64,000 bases of DNA from Patescibacteria group bacterium (GCA_018822435.1 JAHJKD010000003.1:1208-65207); one strand, 5' to 3'. Shown: positions 23,717 to 34,649, counted from the stretch's first letter. The notes: generated from the letters alone by a model not told the origin. Program-made: numbers and translations.

Positions 23717-24288
23717 AGCGTCCGCTCAAAGTCATATTAGGAACAAATGCCCTGGTTATTTTAGCCGGTGCTTTGCTGACTCCTATTTGGGCAATTTACG
23801 TGGAAGGTATCGGCGGAGATATACTGACGGCCGGTTTTGCTTATGCCATATTTTTAATTGTGGCTGGCGTAGTGATAGTTGTTTTCGGAAAGCTTGAAGA
23901 CAAGATCAAAAGAAAAGATCTTGTTGTAGTGGTTTCATACGCAATCATGGGAGTCGGATTTTTTTGTTATTTATTGGTTAAAAGTCCCTGGCAATTATTT
24001 ATTGTCCAGGCGATTATTGGTTTAGGAGAAGCAATTTATATACCTGCTCTCAATGCATTATATGATAGATTTATTGAAGAAAAAAAAGCCGCTTCCCAAT
24101 GGGGGTCCTGGGATGGCATGATATATATAGTGGCTGGCGTGGCGGCAATTTCCGGGGCGGTAATAGCGGATTATTTGGGTTTTTCTATGCTTTTTATTGC
24201 CATGGGATGCTTTTGCCTTCTAAGTGCTCTTGGTATGCTAATTTTACCAAAAAATAAATTTCAAAAATGGAGCAAGCGGAAGTCATAG
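23713..24288 (+). CDS. Half-size MFS-like membrane protein (6 TM), possible transporter
   Basis: 191 aa with six predicted helices. Start overlaps the NMNAT stop and the end overlaps the nadA start, so it is embedded in the NAD cluster. Confidence 0.4.
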   Translation: MKRPLKVILGTNALVILAGALLTPIWAIYVEGIGGDILTAGFAYAIFLIVAGVVIVVFGKLEDKIKRKDLVVVVSYAIMGVGFFCYLLVKSPWQLFIVQAIIGLGEAIYIPALNALYDRFIEEKKAASQWGSWDGMIYIVAGVAAISGAVIADYLGFSMLFIAMGCFCLLSALGMLILPKNKFQKWSKRKS

Positions 24289-25172
24289 AAAAAATAAATA
24301 AGCTGAAAAAGGAGAAGAACGCGGTCTTGTTAGTGCATAATTATCAGCGGCCGGAAATATATGAGGTGGCTGATTTTATGGGAGATTCTTTGGAGCTGGC
24401 CCGGGAAGCAAGCAAGACTAATGCGGAGATAATAATTTTTTGCGGAGTAGATTTTATGGCGGAGTCAGCCAAGATCCTAAATCCGGATAAATTAGTATTA
24501 TTACCCACGCTTGAGGCAAGATGTCCGATGGCCGCGCAAGTTGATATCCCTACTTTAAAGAAAATGCAGGCGGAATATCCGGACGCAGCTACGGTCGGTT
24601 ATGTAAATACGACCGCAGCTACAAAAGCGCATTGCGATGTGTGCTGTACTTCGGCTAATGCTGTAAAAGTTGTTAAAACTTTACCAAATAAGAAAATCAT
24701 TTTTTTACCAGACGAAAATCTAGCTAATTATGTAGCTTGGCAAGCGCCCGAAAAAAAGATAATTCCCTGGCCCGGTTTTTGTTATGTTCATTCTAAAATA
24801 ATGGTCAAGCAGGTCAGAGAAGCGAAAAAAAATCATCCTCAGGCTAAATTAGTCGTCCATCCAGAATGTCCGATTGAAGTCTGCAAAGAAGCTGATGTGG
24901 TGACAAGCACGACCGGGATGTCAGTTTATGTGGGCGAAGACGACGGAGAAGAATATATTATCGTGACAGAGCAGGGCATGGTTAATCGCCTGAAACGCGA
25001 TTATCCCGGAAAAACTTTTTATTCCGTGGGCGGCATTTGCATCCAAATGAAAAAAAATAATTTAGAAAATATTTTAAACAGCCTGGAAAAAGAAATGCAC
25101 GTGGTGGAAGTTGATGAAAAAATAGCAGAAAAAGCCAAACAGGCTTTAGATAGAATGCTGGCTATCAAATAA
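24267..25172 (+). CDS. nadA: Quinolinate synthase NadA
   Basis: About 300 aa with the threefold-repeat architecture of NadA and conserved Cys ligands. Positioned with nadC and nadB. Confidence 0.8.
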   Translation: MEQAEVIEKINKLKKEKNAVLLVHNYQRPEIYEVADFMGDSLELAREASKTNAEIIIFCGVDFMAESAKILNPDKLVLLPTLEARCPMAAQVDIPTLKKMQAEYPDAATVGYVNTTAATKAHCDVCCTSANAVKVVKTLPNKKIIFLPDENLANYVAWQAPEKKIIPWPGFCYVHSKIMVKQVREAKKNHPQAKLVVHPECPIEVCKEADVVTSTTGMSVYVGEDDGEEYIIVTEQGMVNRLKRDYPGKTFYSVGGICIQMKKNNLENILNSLEKEMHVVEVDEKIAEKAKQALDRMLAIK

Positions 25173-25207
25173 CTACACGAGGGCGCGCATAAATAATTAA
25201 AAAATCT

Positions 25208-26107
25208 ATGGAAAAAAATAAAAAAATTGAAAAAATCTTTATTCAGAAAGAAAAATTGAGCTTAAAAGATAAGGCGTATAAAAAATGTGTGGAACGGTAT
25301 ACAGTTGATGTATTGGATGAAGATGTGGGCAAGAAAGGCGATATTACATCAGCTCATATTTTAAAAGGAGTAAAAAAGAAAAAAGCTGATGCTGTTATAA
25401 AAGCGCATGAAAAGGGAATCGTAGCGGGCGTGGAAGAAATGGAATGGTTTTTAAAGCAGAATAAATTAAAAACTAAAGTTTTTAAGAGAGATGGAGAGAA
25501 GGCTAGTAAAGGGGATAAGATATTGAAAATATCTGGTAAGCCAAAAGACATTTTAAAAACGGAAAGAGTGGTGTTGAATGTGATCAGCCGGATGAGCGGT
25601 ATTGCCACAGAATGCGCTAAATTACGCGTTTACACAAAAGGAAAAGTTGTGCCGTGCCCGACCAGAAAAACATTATGGTCTTTAATGGATAAAAAGGCTT
25701 GTGTGGTGGGCGGCGGCGGTTCGCATCGGCTGGGATTATGGAATTTTATTTTAATAAAAGATAATCATCTTGATTTACTTAATAATGATATGAAAAAGGC
25801 TTTGGCTCCGTTGCAAAAATCAAAGAGAGTAGTTGAAGTTGAAGTTAGCGATAAAGGCCAGGCTTTGGAAGCGGCTGGATATAATCCTGATATTATAATG
25901 TTTGATAATTGGAAGCCAAAGAAAATTAAGAAAATGATAAATAAGATAGACAGGGAATATAAAGAGAATGAGATTATTTTCGAAGCTTCAGGCGGCATAA
26001 CAAGAGATAATATCAAGAAATATGTCCAAGCCGGAGTGGATGTTATTTCTCTGGGATATATTACGCATTCTGCCAAGAGCATGGATTTTAGTTTAGACTT
26101 TATTTAA
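25208..26107 (+). CDS. nadC: Nicotinate-nucleotide pyrophosphorylase (carboxylating) NadC
   Basis: Type II phosphoribosyltransferase fold. Lys-rich N-terminal extension of ~35 aa. Confidence 0.7.
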   Translation: MEKNKKIEKIFIQKEKLSLKDKAYKKCVERYTVDVLDEDVGKKGDITSAHILKGVKKKKADAVIKAHEKGIVAGVEEMEWFLKQNKLKTKVFKRDGEKASKGDKILKISGKPKDILKTERVVLNVISRMSGIATECAKLRVYTKGKVVPCPTRKTLWSLMDKKACVVGGGGSHRLGLWNFILIKDNHLDLLNNDMKKALAPLQKSKRVVEVEVSDKGQALEAAGYNPDIIMFDNWKPKKIKKMINKIDREYKENEIIFEASGGITRDNIKKYVQAGVDVISLGYITHSAKSMDFSLDFI

Positions 26108-26110
26108 TAT

Positions 26111-27580
26111 ATGAAATATAAAACAGATTTTTTAGTAATCGGGTCGGGCATTGCCGGGCTTAATTTTGCCTTAAAAGCGGCCAAGCATGGCAAAGTAGCT
26201 GTAGTCACGAAAAAAGAATTAATGGAAAGTAATTCTAACTATGCCCAAGGCGGGATTGCCGCTGTTTTAGATCCGGTTGATAATTTTAAATCGCATGTGG
26301 AGGACACTTATAATGCCGGCGGAAAAATCGGAGACAAAAAAGCGATCGAGATCATGATCAAAGAGGCGCCGCAAAAAATAGATGAGTTGATCGACTTAGG
26401 CGTTGGCTTTAACAGGATCCAGGGAAAGCTGGACCTGGCCCAGGAAGGCGGGCACTCCAGAAGGCGGATCGTCCACGCCAAGGATGCGACCGGCCGGGAA
26501 ATTGAAAGAGCCTTGGTTTTCAATATCCGCCATAATTCCAATATTGAAGTTTTTGAAGCTAATATCGTGGTTGATCTGATCGTCAAGAACGGAAAGTGCC
26601 TCGGGGCGTATGCTTTGGATACGGATGAAAAAAAAATTAATTCTTTCTTTGCCAAAGCGACTGTTCTGGCCACCGGGGGAGCGGGCCGGGTTTTTAAAAA
26701 CAGCTCTAATCCAAAAATTGCGACCGGCGACGGCCTGGCCATGGCTTATCGGGCCGGGGCTGAACTCCAGGATCTGGAATTCGTCCAGTTCCATCCGACC
26801 GCGCTTAATAAAAAAGGGTATCCCCATTATTTAATATCAGAAGCGATCCGGGGCGAAGGAGGAAAATTATTAAATTCGAAGAGAAAAAGGTTTGTCAAAG
26901 AATTGGCGCCCAGAGATATTGTGAGCCGGGCCATTGTAGAAGAAGAAAAAACCGGACCAGTATATTTGGATGTTCGCCATTTAGGCGAAGATGAAATAAA
27001 AAGAAGATTTCCCGGGATCTATGATCAGCTCTGGTGGTATGGCATTTTTATGGAAAAAGACCTTATCCCGGTGGCGCCGGCCGCGCATTTCAATTGCGGC
27101 GGGGTAGTGACTGATTTGAACGGAAAAACCGGCATTGAAGGGCTTTATGCTTTTGGTGAAGTGGCCCGCACAGGCGTGCATGGCGGCAATCGCCTGGCTT
27201 CAAATGCCTTGCTGGAGTGCATGGTTTTTTCCGGCCGGGCATTGAAAGCTGCTAAAAATTTCATACAAGGGAAAAGAATTATTGAATCAGCTGTTCCTAG
27301 ATTGAAAATAATTAATATTAATGATAGGACCGGAAAATTAAGGAGGCGCATGCAAGCTATTATGTGGGAAAATGTTGGAGTTGTAAGAAATAGGCAGGAT
27401 TTGGCAAAAACTATTGGAAAATTGGAAAAAATTGAGGAAGAAACCGGAACTTTATATAAAAAAGGCGTAAATGCGCAGATAATAGAGCTACGGAACATGA
27501 TTGAAGTGGCAAAATTAATAGCAGAATCAGCTTATTTACGGGAAAAAAGCGTGGGTACGCATCATATTGCTAAAAACTAG
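26111..27580 (+). CDS. nadB: L-aspartate oxidase NadB
   Basis: FAD motif DFLVIGSGIAGL. Conserved succinate-dehydrogenase/fumarate-reductase flavoprotein core (RxxHxxGG-like HAKDATGREI, HYLISEAIRGEGG). Confidence 0.85.
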   Translation: MKYKTDFLVIGSGIAGLNFALKAAKHGKVAVVTKKELMESNSNYAQGGIAAVLDPVDNFKSHVEDTYNAGGKIGDKKAIEIMIKEAPQKIDELIDLGVGFNRIQGKLDLAQEGGHSRRRIVHAKDATGREIERALVFNIRHNSNIEVFEANIVVDLIVKNGKCLGAYALDTDEKKINSFFAKATVLATGGAGRVFKNSSNPKIATGDGLAMAYRAGAELQDLEFVQFHPTALNKKGYPHYLISEAIRGEGGKLLNSKRKRFVKELAPRDIVSRAIVEEEKTGPVYLDVRHLGEDEIKRRFPGIYDQLWWYGIFMEKDLIPVAPAAHFNCGGVVTDLNGKTGIEGLYAFGEVARTGVHGGNRLASNALLECMVFSGRALKAAKNFIQGKRIIESAVPRLKIININDRTGKLRRRMQAIMWENVGVVRNRQDLAKTIGKLEKIEEETGTLYKKGVNAQIIELRNMIEVAKLIAESAYLREKSVGTHHIAKN

Positions 27581-27642
27581 ATATCGTCGTATAATAATAC
27601 TGCTCTTTTTAGGGTAATATTAAGAAAAATTAATAAACACAT

Positions 27643-28764
27643 ATGATTAAAAAGGTCCTATTACTAGGGGGAATTTTTGCATTATTTATAATGCTTGTGC
27701 CAATGGCAGGTGAAGCTATTATTATTAAAGATTATGACTGGCGCACTAAAGCAGCTGAAGGCTTTAATGATGATGAAAATGCTTCTTTAATGAAGATGGC
27801 TAAGAGAAATGATAAGTTATTTGTTTCTACCTATAATGCCACTACAGGCACAGAAATTTGGAGAACAGACGATAATTTCAATTGGGCACAGATTAATACA
27901 GATGGTTTTGGCGACTCTCAAAACACTTATGTTAGTGCCATGATAATCTGGAAAAATCGGTTATGGGTGGCTACTTACAACGAAGACACAGGAACAGAAT
28001 TATGGAAATGGCAAAAAGGTGAATGGAAAAAGAAAAATAAAGATGGATTTGGCAGTACTCATAATGTCGCTGTAACTGCTTTGCTAGGATTTCGGGGAAA
28101 ATTATATGCTTTTGTAAAAAAGGACAATGGAAAAGATGTGGTTGTCTTCCGAGCTAAATATCCAAAAAAATCAACCTGGAAAAGAGCCGGTGGATTTGGA
28201 TTAGTGGAGGGGGAGATGGCTTTAGCTGAGGTGGTAACCACGAATAAAGTAAATAAAGAAATGTATGCAGGCGGAGACGGCAGTTATGTTTATAAGAGTG
28301 CGAATGGAAAAGACTGGGAAGTAATTAATTCTAATACTCCGGATGAAACCGGCTGGGGCGCTGTTGGCAATGTCCAGATCAGCTCTATGGCTGCGAAAAA
28401 TGGGAAAATGTTTGTAGGAACTAAAAATCCGACTAAAGGTGTTCAGCTTTGGAGATATGACAACGGTGTTTGGCAGCAAAGAGGCGGTAATGGCCTTGGT
28501 GACCCGGAAAATTCAGATATTACTGATATGTACGTAAAAAAAGGGAAAAAATCAGGTAAATATTATTTATATGCTGGCATTGAAAATGACAATGGTTTGA
28601 AAGTTTTTCGAACCAAAGGCGGTAAGAAATGGTATCAGCTCAATTCTAATGATGGATTTGGCAATATGAGCAATACTACTCCTCATGATCTACAGTTTTA
28701 TAGTAAAATGTTGTTTGTGACTGTAAATAATCTTATTTACGCGACAGATTTTTCTACTAATTAA
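27643..28764 (+). CDS. Secreted repeat protein (beta-propeller-like, recurring DGFG/W motifs)
   Basis: Signal peptide. At least five repeats containing DGFG(D/S/N) followed by Trp-rich strands. Confidence 0.45.
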   Translation: MIKKVLLLGGIFALFIMLVPMAGEAIIIKDYDWRTKAAEGFNDDENASLMKMAKRNDKLFVSTYNATTGTEIWRTDDNFNWAQINTDGFGDSQNTYVSAMIIWKNRLWVATYNEDTGTELWKWQKGEWKKKNKDGFGSTHNVAVTALLGFRGKLYAFVKKDNGKDVVVFRAKYPKKSTWKRAGGFGLVEGEMALAEVVTTNKVNKEMYAGGDGSYVYKSANGKDWEVINSNTPDETGWGAVGNVQISSMAAKNGKMFVGTKNPTKGVQLWRYDNGVWQQRGGNGLGDPENSDITDMYVKKGKKSGKYYLYAGIENDNGLKVFRTKGGKKWYQLNSNDGFGNMSNTTPHDLQFYSKMLFVTVNNLIYATDFSTN

Positions 28765-28789
28765 TTACTCGGGAAAAAATTATTGAATA

Positions 28790-30301
28790 ATGGCTAAAAC
28801 CGAATACGAAGCAGTTATTGGCCTGGAAATCCATATCCAGATCAATACGAAATCAAAAATGTTCTGCGGCTCTGATAATGCAGAAGTAGAAGAGCCGAAT
28901 GTTAATGTTTGCCCGATTTGCATGGGGCATCCCGGAACATTGCCGGTTGTTAATGACGAAGCCATAAAAAAGGGCCTGGCCATGGCCCTTGCTTTGAATT
29001 GTAAGATTAATCAGGACAGTAAATTTGATAGAAAGCAATATTTTTACCCTGATTTGCCCAAAGGTTATCAGATTTCCCAATATGATTTACCTTTGGCAGA
29101 AAAGGGCTATTTAGAAATATATCCGGACAATATTACGCCTATGCAGGTGAAGATTGAGAGACTGCACTTGGAGGAAGATACAGCTAAGATTTTTCACACT
29201 AAAGACGGCGTGCAACTTGATTTTAACAGAGCGGGCAGTCCGCTCATGGAAATAGTTACTGAACCTGATTTTGATGACCCGGCTGAAGCTAAATTGTTTT
29301 TACAAGATTTACAAATCATTGCCCGATATCTGGATGTTTCAGATGCGGACATGGAAAAAGGCCATTTACGTTGTGATGCCAATATTTCTATACGCGAAAA
29401 AGGGGATAAAGCACTATACCCAAAGACGGAAATTAAAAATTTGAATTCTTTTCGGGCAGTTGAAAATGCTTTGAATTTTGAGATTAAAAGACAAACCCGG
29501 CTTTGGGAGGATAATGAAGCGCCAGACAAACAGGAAACCAGAGGTTGGAATGATAAAAAGAAAGAGACCGTTCCGCAAAGAGCAAAAGAAGGTTTAGCTG
29601 ACTATCGATATTTTCCAGAGCCAGACATACCCCCACTGGTATTTGAAAAGAAAGATATTCAGAAAATAGAAGATTACATGCCTGCCCTGCCTCATGTGAG
29701 GCGAGAAAGATTTATGCAGGAGTATGGATTATCATATGTTAATGCCAGAATTGTGACTAACAATCCCAAAATTGCGGATTACTTTGAAGATTCCATGTCT
29801 GAATTGCAAGCGTGGCTATATTCTTTGGATAATACCGAAGGTTCAGATGAAGAAATTTGGACGAAATACGGTGACAAAGTGACAAAAATGCTATTAAGCA
29901 CTTTAACTACTGAAGTTTTTGGATTATTAAAGGAAAATAATCAAGATTTTATAGATTTAAAGATAACCCCAGAGAACATTGCTGAACTCATAACTTTAAA
30001 ATGGGAAAATAAACTTAATAGCGCCAATGCAAAGAAGGTCCTACGAGTAATGTTTGATAAAGGCAGCGATCCTTCCCAAGTCATGGAAGAGGAAGATTTA
30101 GAACAAGTGCAGGATGTTGGAGAAATTGATGCTATTTGCGATCGAATTATCAAAAATAATCCGGATCCAGCGGAAGATTTTAAAAATGGCAAGGAAAAAT
30201 CACTCATGTTTTTAGTAGGGCAAGCCATGAAAGAATCTAAGGGCAAAGCAAATCCACAAATGCTCATGGATATTTTCCACAAAAAGCTTGACAATAAATG
30301 A
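28790..30301 (+). CDS. gatB: Asp/Glu-tRNA amidotransferase subunit B
   Basis: N-terminus KTEYEAVIGLEIHIQINTKSKMFCG is typical of GatB. C-terminal YqeY-like tail. Confidence 0.85.
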   Translation: MAKTEYEAVIGLEIHIQINTKSKMFCGSDNAEVEEPNVNVCPICMGHPGTLPVVNDEAIKKGLAMALALNCKINQDSKFDRKQYFYPDLPKGYQISQYDLPLAEKGYLEIYPDNITPMQVKIERLHLEEDTAKIFHTKDGVQLDFNRAGSPLMEIVTEPDFDDPAEAKLFLQDLQIIARYLDVSDADMEKGHLRCDANISIREKGDKALYPKTEIKNLNSFRAVENALNFEIKRQTRLWEDNEAPDKQETRGWNDKKKETVPQRAKEGLADYRYFPEPDIPPLVFEKKDIQKIEDYMPALPHVRRERFMQEYGLSYVNARIVTNNPKIADYFEDSMSELQAWLYSLDNTEGSDEEIWTKYGDKVTKMLLSTLTTEVFGLLKENNQDFIDLKITPENIAELITLKWENKLNSANAKKVLRVMFDKGSDPSQVMEEEDLEQVQDVGEIDAICDRIIKNNPDPAEDFKNGKEKSLMFLVGQAMKESKGKANPQMLMDIFHKKLDNK

Positions 30302-30405
30302 AAAAAGCGCTAATATTATCTTTAATATGCGCAAGATACGATATGTAGACAACAAATTACCAATATCTTTTAAGGTCCCTCACTTAATCCATGGGGGATT
30401 TTTTT

Positions 30406-31464
30406 ATGCTTATGAAAAATCATAAATCTGCCAAACTAGTTCTTGAAGATGGGTCCGAATTTGAAGGGAAGTCATTTGGTTGCAATATTAGCAATGATGG
30501 AGAAGTGGTTTTTAACACCGGCATGGTCGGATATCCAGAAAGCCTGACCGATCCTTCTTATGCCGGGCAAATATTAGTCTGTACATATCCTCTGATCGGG
30601 AATTATGGCGTGCCTAAAGGGAAAGACAAATTTGAATCAGATGGAATTAAAGTCAGGGGATTAATTGTATCTGAATATATTGATGAATATAGCCATTGGC
30701 AAGCAGAAAAATCATTGGGAGAGTGGCTTAAAGAAGAAAAGATTCCCGCGATTTTTGGGATAGATACAAGAGCGTTGACGAAAAAGTTGAGAACAAAAGG
30801 GGTTATGTTAGGCCAGATTGTGATTAATGGAAAAAAGATGGAAAAGATAGAAGATCCAAATTTAAGAAATCTAGCCGCTGAAGTCTGCATAAAAAAACCA
30901 AAAATAAACGGCAGAGGAAAAAAGACAGTATTACTGCTTGATTGCGGAGTTAAAGAGAATATTATTAGGTCTCTTGTTAAAAGAGGAGTCAAAGTAAAAC
31001 AAGTGCCCTGGAATTATGATTTTTCTCAAGAAAAATATGATGGCATTCTTTTATCTAACGGACCAGGCGATCCCATGATGTGTACCACCACTATTCTAAA
31101 CATAAAAAAAGCTTTAACAGAAAATAAGCCAATATTTGGAATTTGTTTAGGTAATCAGATAATGGCTCTGGCCTCTGGAGCAAAGACGTACAAGCTTAAA
31201 TTCGGGCACAGAGCACAAAATCAGCCTTGCCTGATGGAAGGCACGCAAAGATGTTATCTGACTACGCAAAATCATGGATTTGCGGTTAGGGAGAAGACCT
31301 TAGGAAATGAGTGGAAGATCTGGTTCCGGAATGCTAATGACAATACAGTTGAGGGCATCAGACATAAGAAAAAACCTTTTATGGCCGTCCAGTTCCATCC
31401 GGAATCAACGCCAGGCCCGGAAGATACAGAATTTTTATTTGATGAATTTGTAAAACAACTATGA
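30406..31464 (+). CDS. carA: Carbamoyl-phosphate synthase small (glutaminase) subunit CarA
   Basis: Class I glutamine amidotransferase triad region (GICLGNQ, HNH). The ORF track begins at 30391 but the Met at 30406 follows a GGGGGA SD. The stop overlaps the carB start. Confidence 0.85.
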   Translation: MLMKNHKSAKLVLEDGSEFEGKSFGCNISNDGEVVFNTGMVGYPESLTDPSYAGQILVCTYPLIGNYGVPKGKDKFESDGIKVRGLIVSEYIDEYSHWQAEKSLGEWLKEEKIPAIFGIDTRALTKKLRTKGVMLGQIVINGKKMEKIEDPNLRNLAAEVCIKKPKINGRGKKTVLLLDCGVKENIIRSLVKRGVKVKQVPWNYDFSQEKYDGILLSNGPGDPMMCTTTILNIKKALTENKPIFGICLGNQIMALASGAKTYKLKFGHRAQNQPCLMEGTQRCYLTTQNHGFAVREKTLGNEWKIWFRNANDNTVEGIRHKKKPFMAVQFHPESTPGPEDTEFLFDEFVKQL

Positions 31465-34400
31465 GCAAAGAGATGAAAAAAGTAATCATCTTAGGATCAG
31501 GCGGCCTTAAAATTGGCCAGGCCGGAGAATTTGATTATTCTGGGAGCCAGGCAATTAAATCTTTGAAAGAGGATGGGATTAAGACGGTTTTAGTTAATCC
31601 AAATATTGCTACAGTCCAGACTAGCGAAAACATGGCTGATAAAGTTTATTTTTTACCAGTTGAATTTAGTTTTGTAGAAAGGATTATTAAGAAAGAAAAA
31701 CCAGATGGAATTTTACTGGGCTTTGGCGGGCAAACAGCTTTGAATGTTGGTCTGGAGCTGGATGAGAAAGGAGTCCTGCATCGAAATAATGTAAAAGTAT
31801 TAGGCACATCCTGCGATACAATTCGGGCAACTGAAGACAGGGAAATATTTATAAAGAAGTTGAATGAAATTGATGTGAAGGTGGCTCGGAGTCAGGCTGT
31901 TAAATCAACTGAAGAAGGCCTGGAAGCCGGTGAAAAAATTGGTTTTCCTCTCATGATCCGGGCAGCATATTCTTTGGGAGGACTGGGCTCGGGAATTATT
32001 AAAAATAAGACAGAGCTAAAGAAGAGATTGAATGAATTATTTAAACAAGCACCTCAAGTACTACTAGAAGAAAGTTTATTAGGATGGAAAGAAGTTGAAT
32101 ACGAAGTAGTGAGGGATAAAGAAAACAATTGCGTGACTGTTTGTAATATGGAAAATCTGGACCCAATGGGAATCCATACGGGCGAGAGCATTGTGGTAGC
32201 ACCTTCTCAAACGTTAAATAATGCTGAATATCATGGTTTAAGAACAGTCGCCCAAAAAGTAGTCAGGCATTTAGAAATAATAGGTGAGTGTAATATTCAA
32301 TATGCAACTAAAGGTGGGGATTACAGAGTAATCGAAGTAAATGCACGGCTTTCAAGGAGTTCGGCCTTAGCATCAAAGGCAACCGGGTATCCGCTGGCTT
32401 GGGTGGCAGCCAAGCTTTCACTAGGCAAATCGCTGCCTGAAGTGGTTAATTCAGTCACTAAATCAACGCAAGCTTGCTTTGAGCCGGCGCTTGATTATGT
32501 GGCCTTAAAGATTCCCAGATGGGATCTGAAAAAATTTAAAAGAGTAGAAAATAGAATATCTTCAGAAATGAAAAGCGTGGGAGAAGTCATGGCTCTGGGG
32601 CGCAGTTTTGAAGAAGTTCTGCAAAAAGCTTTGCGCATGCTTAATGTAAACGCGGCTGGCCTGACTGGAGACGTTCCCCAAGTGGACGACCTAAAAAAGG
32701 AAATTAAATTTGCCACGGATAAGCGGATCTTTGCTTTAGCAAAAGCTTTTCAAGCGAACATGTCTGTAAATGACGTAAATAAGCTATCACAGATTGACCC
32801 TTGGTTTTTAGATAGGATTAAAAATATCGCTAAATTTAAAATAAAGCTTGATAAAGGAACTTTACTGGAAGCTAAGAAATTGGGATTTTCTGATGAACAA
32901 ATTGCCAGACAAACTGGGAAAACTTCAGATGCTGTGAGAAAATTAAGAAAAAATTTCAAAATAATACCTGTAGTAAAACAAATAGATACGCTGGCCGGCG
33001 AGTTTCCGGCGAAGACAAATTATTTATATATGACTTATCATGGTACGGAGAATGATATTAAAAGAGGGAAAAATGAAGTAATGGTTTTAGGCAGCGGGCC
33101 ATATCATATTGGGTCTAGCGTTGAATTTGATTGGTCTTGCGTCCAAGCTGTTCAGGCCAGTGCAGAGCTAGGATATAAAACCGTTATGATAAATTGCAAT
33201 CCAGAAACTGTGTCCACGGATTATGATATTTGCGATCGCTTGTATTTTGAAGAGCTGACTTTAGAAAGAGTTTTAGATATTCATGATGTGGAAAAACCCG
33301 AGGGAGTGATTATTTCCATGGGCGGCCAAGTGCCTAATAATCTGGCTAGTGATTTAGATAAAAACAGGGTTAGAATTTTTGGAACTTCTGCCAGAGATAT
33401 TGACCGGGCGGAAAATAGGCATAAATTTTCACAATTGTTAGATGACATGGGCCTTGATCAGCCAGAGTGGCGGGAACTTACATCGAAAGCAGAAGCAAAG
33501 AAATTTGCCGATAAGGTAGGCTACCCGGTCTTAATCAGGCCGTCTTATGTTCTTTCCGGGGCAGCCATGAACGTCGCTTTTGACGGGGTGAATCTGGATG
33601 ATTATCTGGAAAAGGCGGCTGAAGTGTCTAAAAAATATCCAGTGGTTATTTCTAAATTCGTTGAAGGGGCCAGAGAAATCGAAATAGATGGTGTAGCCCA
33701 GGACGGCGATTTAAAAATATATGCTTTATCAGAGCATATCGAAAAAGCAGGTGTTCATTCTGGTGATGCCCATGTCGTCCTGCCTCCACAGAAAACTTAT
33801 CTAGAAACTATCCGCCGGGCAAAAAAGAGGACAAAGGCAGTGATCAGCGCTTTAAATATCACGGGTCCGTTTAATATTCAGTTTTTGGCAAAAAATAATC
33901 AGATCAGGATAATAGAATTAAATTTAAGAGCCTCAAGAAGCCTGCCTTTTGTTTCTAAGGTGACAAAATATAATTTTGCCAAACTGGCGACCAAAGCCAT
34001 GCTTGGCGAGGATATTTCCGGAGACTACAATACCTTGGATTTAAACTATGTCGGGGTGAAGTCACCGCAGTTTTCATATAGCCGCTTAAAAGGAGCTGAT
34101 CCGGTTCTTTACGTAGAAATGGGGTCGACCGGAGAAGTGGCGGCTTTTGGAGAGGGTTATCAGGAAGCAGTCATGAAATCTATATTAGCGACCGGATTCA
34201 AGCTTCCGGAAAAAAATATTTTACTTAGCATTGGAAAACAGGAAAATAAAGAGGATTTATTGAAATTTATCAAGAGGTTGGAAGATAAAAGATATAAGAT
34301 ATATGCGACAGAGCACACTTCAGACTTTTTAACAGAAAATAAAGTACATAACCAAAAAGTTTATAAGATACAGACAAATAAAAAACCCAATGTTCAGGAA

Positions 34401-34622
34401 TTACTTGAAAAGGGTAAGATTGATCTGATAATCAATATTCCGACTAAATATAACAGGGCAGAAATTAGTGATGGTTATCTGATTAGAAGGTTGGCAACTG
34501 ACCATAACATTTCATTGATAAATGACCAACAAATAGCCAAGATTTTCATAAATGGACTTTGTAATCTGGACTTAAAAAATATGCCCATAAAAAGTTGGGA
34601 TGAATACGAAAATCTGGTATAA
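31461..34622 (+). CDS. carB: Carbamoyl-phosphate synthase large subunit CarB
   Basis: 1053 aa with duplicated ATP-grasp halves, oligomerisation domain and MGS-like C-terminal domain. Confidence 0.9.
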   Translation: MSKEMKKVIILGSGGLKIGQAGEFDYSGSQAIKSLKEDGIKTVLVNPNIATVQTSENMADKVYFLPVEFSFVERIIKKEKPDGILLGFGGQTALNVGLELDEKGVLHRNNVKVLGTSCDTIRATEDREIFIKKLNEIDVKVARSQAVKSTEEGLEAGEKIGFPLMIRAAYSLGGLGSGIIKNKTELKKRLNELFKQAPQVLLEESLLGWKEVEYEVVRDKENNCVTVCNMENLDPMGIHTGESIVVAPSQTLNNAEYHGLRTVAQKVVRHLEIIGECNIQYATKGGDYRVIEVNARLSRSSALASKATGYPLAWVAAKLSLGKSLPEVVNSVTKSTQACFEPALDYVALKIPRWDLKKFKRVENRISSEMKSVGEVMALGRSFEEVLQKALRMLNVNAAGLTGDVPQVDDLKKEIKFATDKRIFALAKAFQANMSVNDVNKLSQIDPWFLDRIKNIAKFKIKLDKGTLLEAKKLGFSDEQIARQTGKTSDAVRKLRKNFKIIPVVKQIDTLAGEFPAKTNYLYMTYHGTENDIKRGKNEVMVLGSGPYHIGSSVEFDWSCVQAVQASAELGYKTVMINCNPETVSTDYDICDRLYFEELTLERVLDIHDVEKPEGVIISMGGQVPNNLASDLDKNRVRIFGTSARDIDRAENRHKFSQLLDDMGLDQPEWRELTSKAEAKKFADKVGYPVLIRPSYVLSGAAMNVAFDGVNLDDYLEKAAEVSKKYPVVISKFVEGAREIEIDGVAQDGDLKIYALSEHIEKAGVHSGDAHVVLPPQKTYLETIRRAKKRTKAVISALNITGPFNIQFLAKNNQIRIIELNLRASRSLPFVSKVTKYNFAKLATKAMLGEDISGDYNTLDLNYVGVKSPQFSYSRLKGADPVLYVEMGSTGEVAAFGEGYQEAVMKSILATGFKLPEKNILLSIGKQENKEDLLKFIKRLEDKRYKIYATEHTSDFLTENKVHNQKVYKIQTNKKPNVQELLEKGKIDLIINIPTKYNRAEISDGYLIRRLATDHNISLINDQQIAKIFINGLCNLDLKNMPIKSWDEYENLV

Positions 34623-34649
34623 TAAGGATATAAAAACTAAAAAAATAAT

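Noticed and set aside
26308-26834. Antisense ORFs inside nadB (143-144 aa), and similar antisense or overlapping ORFs inside carB, pyrC, thrS, dnaE and hsdR
   Set aside because: They are embedded in well-supported conserved genes on the other strand. They are compositionally biased and have no motifs.
30391-30405. Extended N-terminus of carA (MGDFF...)
   Set aside because: The Met at 30406 is preceded by a GGGGGA SD at proper spacing, and the extension has no counterpart in CarA proteins.
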